Positions 38,540 through 49,926 of a stretch of 64,000 nucleotides of DNA are shown here, piece after piece. Made by a program: the position numbers and the translations under genes. Each line of letters opens with the position of its first letter. Position 1 is the first letter of the stretch. Source of the stretch: Balanoglossus misakiensis (Eukaryota; Animalia; Hemichordata). The notes beneath the pieces are model-generated. The model ran no database searches, was not told the DNA's origin, and saw nothing but the letters and a program-made list of their open reading frames with translations. Location: contig CM082597.2 of assembly GCA_040954595.2 (NCBI GenBank), positions 1,934,422 through 1,998,421 of the forward strand. The letters are read 5' to 3'.

Positions 38540-39179
38540 ACTCATTGGCTGAACAGAAAGAAACTCCCTATGCAGCTGGGAAACTTATATCCGAGTCAGT
38601 CGCCTGGTCAAAATTATTCCCCTTCATTTATCACCGTCCTTTTTTCTATATTAAATTTATGATAAACTTTGCTTTGTTTTATGAAAAACCGACAGGCAAT
38701 TTGCTTCATTATTGGGTATAAAACGTAAATATACTATAAACAACTTTGTCGTGTTTCGACAATTCACCGAATGAGCACCAATCTAGGGAGTCAAACAACA
38801 GTTCCCCAGAGGTATTTCACAGGTACCTCCCTCGGTAAGCGACTGTTTTACTTTAGTTAGGTATTTAAATCGAGCGATAAACATTCACGTTTTCATTTGA
38901 GTACGATTTCCTTGCCGCCTAACAAACCGACGTTACTGAGTGTCAAAAGCGGGCTGAAGCCGATCCACGTCATCGCATCACGCGGGTCCGTTGCCGGATT
39001 CAGAACAAACATCGAAAAAAGTCGCCTCCTGTTTCGCTACAGGCTACAGAACATTTTCCAACAACCGACCAGGATAAGCCTCCCACGATTCAACCATTGC
39101 GTCCACGCCAGTAATCAAAACGGAGTTCCCGGGCCGTTCTCCCCCACCCTTCACTACCGACTACCGGTCGTGCAAACAA
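38540..39179 (+). promoter_or_regulatory. Putative promoter and 5' UTR of paralog B
   Basis: Inverted CCAAT near 38544, TATAAAA near 38717, and TATTTAA at 38862 about 30 nt before Inr-like TCATTT at 38893. A CpG-rich leader runs up to the ATG. Inferred only. Confidence 0.4.
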
Positions 39180-39249
39180 ATGTCCCCGCAGAACGACTGC
39201 TCCAACAATAGTTGCAAGCTCTCCTGTCCGATGTTTCTCACTACAACAG
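39180..39249 (+). CDS. Paralog B coding exon 1 (MSPQNDCSNNSCKLSCPMFLTTT)
   Basis: acaaATG start, CAG|gtatga donor, phase 1. Homologous to paralog A exon 1. Confidence 0.8.
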
Positions 39250-42200
39250 GTATGATATACATTTCTTTTTTACCGCGTATTGTATTACTCTCTGTGTACG
39301 TGACAGAAATTGTCGTCTGCTCGGGGTTTTGGCGCGCACAATATCATGTGAACTTGTGCTGTGGGTAACTTTTATTGTTTGTTATCTGTTTACTTTAATT
39401 TTTCTATGAAACATTGTCTATAAAATTTGACAAACTACATCAGATATTAGAAATATTAGCGCATCGACACGTGTCCGAAGATCAACTTGCACGGAGCAAG
39501 ACCCACGTCACAAACATTTGTCAAAATTTCGAACCTCCGCAAGGAGGGAAATGTAGTTTCTATTTATTTTAGAAAGCGGTAAAAATTATCTCAAAATCGG
39601 ACGGGAATTAATTTTCAATACCCCACCAAAGTTTAATTTGATTTCTATTGATAAAACGATCGAATGTGTTGATAAAGATATTTTTAAAAATTGCAATATA
39701 TAATCAATGTAAGTTGCTGCACTATCTCAAACAGGAAAATGCGTCCATTCTCCAGACGGAGAAACGCCAGTTTGAATTTCACCGCGCAATGTCTTGTTCA
39801 TTGAAATAAGATACTCCATGTGAAACCAGAACTTGTATTACAACTTTATAACACTGTCATAAACTTGTAGTTATAGCTTTGTAAAGTAACTAATATTGTG
39901 CTTTTCATATTCTCCCTCCATTTTATTTTTCATGGCCACAATATCCTAGATTATCGCAGCATGTTAATACCTTGGTCTAGTACTTCGTTTTCAGGTAACA
40001 ATAATGACAGAGAGATCTGAATAACCTAACTAACAACGTATGACAAGCAAAACTCTTTTCATATCTATTCACTGACTGAAAGTGACACAGACGACACTTG
40101 GTTTCCCGCCGAATTCGGCCGGCGCCAAAATTCTCGTCTGCGAGACATTTTCATTGAATGTAATGCTACAATGTATGTTGGCCCGGGCCAGATTGATTCG
40201 GCTTCCGATACAGCGTATTTTTCTCAAAGCGATGAAAAGAAGATTGTTTATCAGGGATTTTGCCGGAAGAATTGTATCTGTTTTCTGTCAATTTTTTTGT
40301 TACAAAGTTTTGAGACCGTGGCCTCAACCTGATGCTACTGATAACATCATTTACATGAGAAATAAAACACGGTGACAGAAGAGAACGGGCGCTTGACTTT
40401 AAAAATTTATAATGTTTATGTTTCCTTCACAGCCGAGTCGTCCTATGAGTGTTTGATGCGGGAACGGCAGGGATCATGGGCTAATGCCGCGCCATCACAG
40501 CAGAAAAGTAAGCACTTCACAAATTTATTATTTTATTCACTATTATTTTTGAGGGAGAAAAAATAAAATAATCGCTAAGGAGAGGTCGAGCAGAGTGCAT
40601 CAATCTTCGACACAAAAGAGGGAAATCTCTGTTTTCATCGCGACTTCAATTCCACTGCACTGCGTTGATGCCCTCAGCTCACAGCGAGAATAATTCTCAA
40701 TTTATTCAACATAACAGGCGCCGACCGCGACAAAAGCGCCTCCTGGTTTGAGCGCGCTGATGTAAAGCGCGCGTGAATGCGAATCTGAATCCGACTCAAA
40801 AGAATTGAACTTTAGAATGACATCACACAAACACAATTTACATTCCCAGTGGTTCTAAGATCGAAATATGCCTAGGAATACATGCAGGTTTGTCAGAGAG
40901 CGAGACAGACACAGAAACTGTTATTTCACTTCGATCCGAGACCTCACTACTACTCTGAATGCAGAATTTCTAAAAAAAATTGTAATATACGGCGCTTCGC
41001 ACAAAGCTCATCGGAATCAAAAGTGGCTTGCGCCGAGACAATAAAGTGCCTTTAATTCGTAGGACATAAAACGAAATGGCCAGTTAGATTTGGTCATCAA
41101 GTCGTAGGATTTCTAAAGAACAAAAACTTCCTGAACAACTTTCCCACAGTTTCTAGAGAGTATTTTCGTTGGACTATTACAAAATATTCTTTTAGTGCGT
41201 ATAAACTACATTTTTGACAGCACACTTTTGGTGCGTAATCAGATGTTCATGTATTAGTCTTATTGACATGTGAGTAAATATTAGTAAAACACACGAACGG
41301 ACAAATTGTCGACGATCAACTGGGCGTTGTCCTCACTGAACAGAACCCCGCGTTTACTATCGTCCGCATGCACACGGTTATCGCGCCCGCATTGGCGTAA
41401 AAACTCCCACGTTGTTGCAGGCGGCGTGCCGCGCGCCTAGACGCGTCCGACGGTGTTGCAAGCGACAAGAACAAACATGGCGCGGGTGCGGGGTCCGGTT
41501 CCGTTTTCTCGGTGCGGGCTTGCCTTCAAATATTCCCTGACGATAAATGTTTTAACTACATCTTATAACTATCAAATTGTTAACATTTTTTCGAACATTT
41601 TTGTCAGTGACAAGTTCCAAATGGCGATACAAAGTCATCACGGATATGTATATAGTGGGACACACGTATGCAACTTTGGGCTACAGTGTGACGTATTTGC
41701 GCACATAAAACAAAACAAGACAATCATATGACAAAATCCCACTGAAAAAAGTATGTATTTGGTCTTCCGGAACGAAAGGAAATCTTCCCTACCCTTCAGC
41801 AAACTATCTAATGAAATTTCGGAAATGCTATTTGCCATAGTGATACCTTCAATATCCTAAAACAGTACTTTGCCCGTGGTTTGAAATGCACTTATGTCGG
41901 AGGGAGCCGCAGAGAACTGTACGTCTAAACGCTGGCAATCGTAGCGGGACACGGGTATAAGCGACTTAGAGTTACTCCCTTAATGCTAGACGATTTTACT
42001 CAGTAATTAGCCTCTCTAAAACTGCCGCGGAGGTAGGACCCCCTAACTTGGAGCCGCGAAACCGAGCTGGCTACCATTTTCGAGGGATTTGTCGTCGACT
42101 GACGGAAAGAACGACCAGGGATGGCGGGGACTTCGTGAATCTCCACACAAGCAACATTTTGTGTATTTTGGGCAGTGTCCTACATAGCTGTTCATATATT

Positions 42201-45200
42201 TATAGTACTGTGTGCACACTGACAAGCACGAACTATGTGTCTTTTACAGGTCTCTTGAATGTCTTAACATCAATTTAACGGATCAATATCTGTCAGAAAG
42301 ATTAACAACCAGCGGCCATTTTCGCTGGCCAGAGGAAAAATTCTGACGTCACTGACGATAGAGATCAGGCCGACAGGAATCGCCAACTTAGCGCCCGCGC
42401 CTTTTTCCAGCCAGTTAGGGGGCACGGTGCATTTGGAATATGGGCGATTAGCTGCAGTAATGGCCAGGGGAAAGTTGTAATGGAGCCCGTCGACTGCCAT
42501 CTCCCGAGAGATTCCGTAGATCAACCCCAACATTTCAAAACAATGTAGTTTATTGTGATTTGATTTCATTTGCCGTTGGCACCGTCCAGATTGAGTTATT
42601 AAGCTAAATGTTGAGGCTATTAGGCGATGTTGATCCGTCACTCGAAGACCTATATTGTTTCAACGGAGGCAGTGTGTCGTTTACTGTCCTGACAGTGCAG
42701 TGCCAAGCCGGTGGACGCGATGTTGCTTTATAAGTTCGAACCTGATTCTAACACGACGCTGATTATATATCTACTTTTTTCTCTTCATATTCATAACTTT
42801 CTGCCTAAGCTTTTCGAATAATTTCAGAACTGTCATATCGTAGAATTCGTTCAGTCGTCTGCTGATCAATTTCCGCGCGCAAAATCACCGCCATTTCATG
42901 CCTACCTCCCTAACTTAAGTAAAATTTCGAATTTCAAAAAAAATTATTTTTTTAGAAATTGGTTCTCTTCTGAGAGCTGCCACCACTTCAACAGAGAATA
43001 CTTGGAAATTAAGGTTTAGTGTTTAGTTTTAGGTACTTTCTATGCTAAGCCGATTGGCGAGTGAACATTGGGTTTGCTAAAACAACGGGTTTGGCAGGAA
43101 CGGTCTGGCCTCGGCTAATAACGAGTAGTGAACGGTCGGCCGGTGTCAAAGAGGTTCCAACCATGTAATGCCATGATCCCGTAATTGCAAAATCCCTCCA
43201 AAATCGCTTGATCGGATCGGCACTCATCGAACATTTCGCCAGTTGACATGGCGATCACTTTGCCAAGCGCCGTTACCCGAGCGCGCCGACACGACAGTTC
43301 CATTACACCGATATTCTTGAAATGGCGGGAAATCCGCACCGCCGCCATGGCGAGGACGCAGCGGTGTTGGTTCCAGGAAATGTTTGTCGGGGATTTCCAT
43401 CCTCGAGTAATTTTGTTTTTAATACCATCACACCTAGAAGATGTTCCAGATTACCTCAGAATTGGGTATTAGGTTGATAGCGTCAATTTCGACAATGACA
43501 CTTTTCACACTAATGAATTTCGCTTCGTGGGGCAGTTACAGAACCCATCATAAAAATGCCCCAAAGTGCAAGTTCATGTTTCTTATGCACAATTCTCAGA
43601 CCTGAATCGGTTCAAGCACCTGTACCCTAATTCTAAAGTCTCGCATTGAGCTCGTGTGGTTTTACGCTAAAATGCAATAACGATTATTAAAGAACTCCCC
43701 TTCTTATCCTGCCGTCCCCTGCGGATATCTGCTTATATTCTACCGCGGTTTCTTTTTTTTTCAATTCAACATTGGAGTCGAATGTTTGATCTTTAAATAC
43801 CGTTTCAAATTTCTTATAGCGGTATTTTAGGATCGTATAGAATCTTTGCGAGATTGAGATTGAATTCAAAGGGGCATTGTTATTCACCAAATAGGCGATC
43901 GAATATCATTATTCGCGGCCGTGAAAACTTTTTGTTTTTGATTGTTGAATGAATCTCAGGTCGGTTTCAATATGGCGACCGCACTAATCGACCAAAATGG
44001 TCGATCGATGTGAACCAAAAGCTTTCTGCGCACAACGATGCAGGAGGGACATGTCTTTTCAAACTGTAGTACAGAAATGTTTTTGGAAGAAAATTTCAGG
44101 TTATTAAAACTTAACCTGTCGGCTGGCGATAGAACTTTCGCGAGACAAAAAGATGCACGGTCATAGTTATTCGTTTACCACTTAGCGCGGGAAATCATGA
44201 AAGCGGCAGACGACCAACAAACTCGGTCGCGCGCAGTAATTTATTCATTTCTCAACGGTTACGTCACTTGTCTGTAACCTAATTTTGCATCAGAATTTCG
44301 CGAATACTTGTCCGTCTCCAGAGCTGAAATTGTTGTTGATTTGATGCGAAGTCTTACACCATTATCTGTTCGGCGAAAACGTGGCATATCTTCGTTTAGT
44401 TTTGCATCCATCGAGTTGTCAAATTTCCGGACGGGTATGTCATCATCCTCCTTTCCTTCCTACACCACATTTCAGTTTCCGATGGATCTCGATTTGGCGC
44501 CACGCTGATAGGATAATAGTTTCCAACGCCCGGCTGCAGATTTCCCGCCGTAGCGTTCTTTGTCACTTGAACTTAGTCCAGGTCTTCGACCGATATCAAT
44601 GTCACATTTAGCGATTATTTTTTCAAGGCTATGGCCCATCAGGAAAAAAGGCGCTTACAACTTCTGGTTGTTCTGATTGGCACGTGGGCACTGAATTGAA
44701 AGGCTTAATTTACTTGTGACATCCCCCCATAAAATGGGGAGGGGGAATCAGGTTTATTTCATTGCTTATTTCAGTAAAGTTTTACCTCATCCTAACTCAG
44801 AATTAAGACAACTATAATATTATTTAAGTAATAAATTTCTTGTTGTAATTAATTATTCATTTATTATATTTTTAAATCTCAGGTTATGCCTCATCGATTC
44901 CGCAAGTACCGAAGCCAACTATGGACCCATCACATACTCATATAAGACCAGGTGCGTACGATGACGCAATTTACATAAATCAATGTCAGTCTGTCTGTCA
45001 ACCTGCCTGTGTGTGTATGTATGTGTGTGTACATGTCTGTCTGTCTATCTGTCTGCCTGACTTTATTAACTTTGCTTTTTTATGTGGCTATTCCACGTAC
45101 ATCAGTTATTTATTTACTCCAAACTATAACCTGACACGACAGATGTTCATCAGATAGCAGACTACACTGATATCGTAATTAAAATCTTCCCGATCCAATT

Positions 45201-48200
45201 CACGGCATCCATGATGCTCTACGCGATATGGATATTGTTGTCCGGTCTTTCAGTGTGGGATATCTCTCGAATATTTACTGTATACAGCGGAAGACTTTAT
45301 GCTGTCGGATTGACGGAGACGATTGTGTGCCCTTTGTTGACACTAAGTGCGCGAGGATCCGCGAGAAGTGCGCGGGGTTCCGCGAGAAGTGCGCGGGGCC
45401 GGGGATTCGCGACTCTGGCTGCAAACTGCGGAGTAGGACACTGACCACGCACACAGAGGCTGTGTTTTCATAAATGTTTCACACGCGTCGACCCTTCCAC
45501 GTTACTGTTTTAGTAAGGGCGCAAAAGTTCTTATGGCAGGAAGTGAAAGAAAGAAAGGGAAAGAACGGGGGAGAGGGAGCAACATACGCTTACAGAGACA
45601 GCAGACTGACTGACGGAGTTTCTGACTGACTGACTGACTGACTGACCGAATGAATGAATGAATGAATGAATGAAAGATTGGGTGAGTGAAACAGTAAGGT
45701 GCCACTCTGCCTTATTTCGCAGAATTAAACCAACAATTTTCTTCGGTACAATGCCATCGAAACAGACAGCCATGATTAACGGTTGAAATATTTCCCGCGA
45801 AGCTAATCTCTCCTAGCTGTCGGCCGATATCCAACGTGTCATAAATAACATGGTTTTGATTATTTCGTATCACAATGGTATTTAATCACCCAGCGTTTAT
45901 TAATTAATTTTCCAGCGAATTAAACTCAATAGGCGTAACTTTGAAAAGTTGTAACGAAGAACGGTTTTGACAAGGGGACAATAATGAATTTCTTTATAAT
46001 GGTAAAGGAGCAACTTAGCAGATATGTAAAAAAAATATTAAATCACTTACTTCAAACAATGGCGCTGGCCGCTGGTGTCTTGATTTTTATCCAGTGGGTC
46101 GCAGTTCCACACCGCCTCAAACGGTTCAGATTTGGCGTTCGATTCTGTTATCTGAGATTTCGCTCTTAAAATGAACCTGGAACACAAAAGAAACAAAAGA
46201 AGCCATGATAACCACGAAAAAGGCGAAATATAGAAAGCTAACTAAATAAATGTCTTGCCCTGAGGCTATATGAGAAAAGTGAACACATTCAGGCATGTTA
46301 TACGTTTTAATTACAGTCTGGTTCCCAATAATCTGTGCTGAATGACGAATCACTGAAGGCAGTAATCAGTGGTTAATTAATTAATCAAAATTATTTTTCC
46401 GTTCAGTTTAAATGGTATTAGGCGCAGAGAGGGAGGGGGAGAGACAGAGACAGACAGACAGACACAGAGTGTGTGTCTGTCAATGTATATATACATGAAC
46501 ATACATTGTCCTTGTATAATGTCAATTGAACAATATGTCAATTGTCTCTCTTATATGATGCAACATTTCTTTCTTGATTATACATACATGTACACAGAAA
46601 ATACATCTACATATATGTGTGTATATATAATGAAAATTATAATTGAATTAGAGACTCGAGAGGTAGAAACCTCGGTATTTATAACTATATGAAGTGAACC
46701 TTTTTTGACATAATTTGGTTACCATAGTGATTATCACTGTAGTTGGAGTAAACTACAATCTGAACAGAGACAGGGGAGAAAGGGAAGCGTGATTGAGTTT
46801 TTTCCCGAAAGATCTGTATCTGTGGTAAACACGCGCACGGACAATGGCGAACATTTTGCCGGGCCAGCAGATACCCATCTTTTTCATAACCAAACTTATG
46901 GAGAGTTGATGACAATTATTTCAATAAACACCACACGCGAGATTTAATTACCATTGAATTTAGTGCGAGGGGGAGGAAGCGCCTGATATACAGGCACGCT
47001 TCTGTGACAACCGGGGATAGGACCGATCACCATGGAGATTACATCGATGACAGTTGGTAATGACACACTGTCCGAATCGTTGGAGGGGATGAGACAAAGT
47101 CTGTCTGGCTGGTCAACTTTTTACGTGGCTTTCGGGTGCAGTGTGTTGCGAAGTTTAGTTCTGGATAGTCATGCGCCAGTTTCAGCCATTTTTTTCTAGA
47201 ATCGAGTCAAGATTGTTATCGTTAACGCACACCGAACCGCGCCAAGTTTTACGTCGTCCGTTTCTCACGAAAACGGAACGACGCAATAAACATCGTTTAA
47301 AAGCCAAGCGAAATTTGATAAAAACGAACCGGGGGACATAAAACGATGGGAGTATTATTTTCAGGACGGATGCACCTGGTTGCAAAATATATTTTTATTT
47401 GAAATAGAAAACTGAGAGCGTGTTTGCTCCGGTGTGCGTGTGTAATACAAAATTGTTGCTTCCTGATACGCGCTGTCAGAAAAACTACTGGAGGACTCTG
47501 AGGAGCAGAATTTCTCTGAAAATAATGCAAATTAATTTCTATTAAATGTACTTTTAATACAAAAAGAAGCGTGGCACCCAAGGACGCACGTATGCGTGGG
47601 TCCATGATGTATGCGATGCTCTGGAGATAAGGCGGGAAAAAATGATTGAATTTTGTCGTCTGTTCAGAGCATATGTTGCGCAAGCATTGTGTTGTAAATT
47701 TCGTGTCGATTTCATCGCAAGACAAGTGTTTTGCTAACACCTCCGCTGATAGCAGGATGCAATGACACATCGGAAATGGACATCAAAAGAAATTGACATC
47801 TCTTTTGAAACAGGGGAGGAAGCTATAGGCAACCAATCGCTGCCGCGTTGATTGTCGATGCTCTGCTGGCGTACCTCGACCTCGTTCCCGAACACTTTTC
47901 TTTGTGTTCCGTCATCCCCGATTGGTAAATGATACGGATATATTATTGTCAGACGCTGAAAACACTTCAAATTGCCTTCCTATATTGTTTACATGCGCGA
48001 GAATTCCCAGTCCGGACCGTAAACCACCATAGCGCGCAAACCCGGAAACAATGAACCCAGAAATTCTGTGTATACAAGCCAAACAATGAAGTATATGATC
48101 ACACCCTCTAGCAGTAGAAGAACACGAAACGATAGCTCATCAACAGAAAAAAAAACAGCGCAGAAAAATTATCAGAAGTTGCAGTTATTACCGCTGTGAC

Positions 48201-49886
48201 TTTTCGCGTCTATTTATCACTTTATGTCGTTCGCCGTTTATGCTAATTCAGTGACACACAATTTCCCGCCATAATGATGCATCGACGACAGGTCTATTAC
48301 CGTAAGCAAGTAATGTCACGGTCACCGAAGTGTATATGTTTCTTTCTAAATTTGCGAGTCCCCCGAGTTGCAAAACCACTGCACGCTGTCCAACATGCGT
48401 TTCCGGCGTTGCAAACGACGTTATTCTTTGCAACATTTAATTATTGTTTGACCAGTCGACTGTCTTTCCACTGAATTACTGTCACTAATGACATTTCGGC
48501 AAATCGGAGGAGACGGAAATGCGGATTACCCAAAATGCAGTGCGAAAAGTACTGATTAAAGGGGAAGTTCGGTCCAGCTGATTTCTACATAATTGGTAGC
48601 TATGGGGTCACTCTTTCAGAAAAAAAAAACATTTCGAGCTGTACAAGTTGCGCGTTAAAAAAAAACGAGGGAAAGTTGACAGAATTTATTTGCTCATAGA
48701 AAAATGCCAGTCTAATTCTTACTCCCTGTTCTACGAGCTACTAAGGCGTGGTATACTCCAAAAATATTTTCTTTTAAATTAGTAATTTTTAAGGCAAATA
48801 TTCCACAAATAGTTTAGGAGTTCAAAGATATCTTGTTTATAGTTTTATGATTGGCGATGTCTTGCTTCTGACAGAATATCTGAATGATGCGGAAAGTTAC
48901 CAGCGATAGAGCGTCTCGTCTCGACATGACTCTCCCCCTCTCTCTCTCATCTATCACCCTGCCGCTATTTATCCTGGCGATCGATTACCATTGCTTGAAA
49001 AATGGGGTGGATGACGATACACGCTGTAATTATCTGCTCCTCGAGCCTGCATTAGCGGAAGACAAGCGAGAGGCGGAAACGCCGTCATGTTCTGCCGCCG
49101 AACACTCCACCGCTTCTCAGGCGCGAGGCGCGCAAACGCGATGCCAGTGTCGCGGGGTCACCCCGCTCGGCCGCTCAAAGCGATGACGGACCGTGATTCA
49201 AAGGGCAGACCGAAGCGAACTCGCATATCTAGAAAAAGACTCGCGTTATTACACGGATAATAGTCGGCCTGTATATGGTATATCTTCAGTGCCTCGGCTA
49301 TTGGGATCAGCCGACCGATATTTGGCGATGAATAACCAGCGCAAAAGTAAAATCATTTATTCCAGTTGACGAAGCAGACTAGTGGGCCATTCAGACAGTT
49401 TTTCAACTAATCCGAGCGGACTCTTAATTTAATATTACTACCATCAGCTAGAATTGAGGCCCTCATTTGCACAGAAGAGACTTAAAAAGAACACGCTCGG
49501 CCTTTTTGCGCTCACTGTCATCCTCTGCCCCACCGGACAAAATGATTGGTTTACAACGCCTAAGAATTGAGAGCGTCGCCTGATGATCGAGAGGAGAACT
49601 TATCGCCGTTATTGCTTTACCACACTAAAGCTCTTCAAGTCGCGCGTCATAGGAGCTCGCCCTTTTCTGTGTAACAGTCTTTTCAAACATCACTGCCGAG
49701 CTACTTGGCACAAAAAGACACTAAAGTACAGCCTGAGTCTGCACTGCGAGGTCGTGACGTCTAAATTTTCACGTCTGAATAGAAGAGGTAGTTTGCGCGT
49801 CTTTCACACTTCTCACTTGAAAACGCACAAGCGCCACCAAAATAAAATAAAATAAATGATGGATGGATGGATGGATGGATGGAAGG

Positions 49887-49926
<40 letters not shown>

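Noticed and set aside
23441-39179. Possible PNT (SAM-pointed) exons or a third gene between the paralogs
   Set aside because: No P.DP..W...V..WL.W-type peptide or other recognisable protein was seen. Very small exons cannot be excluded without a translated search.
45345-45398. 21-bp repeats as a possible CRISPR-like array
   Set aside because: Units are directly adjacent without spacers, the context is a eukaryotic intron and there are no cas genes.
46976-47002. Small hairpins (also 57851-57872) as possible miRNA or terminator structures
   Set aside because: Stems are too short for a pre-miRNA and no known mature sequence was recognised.
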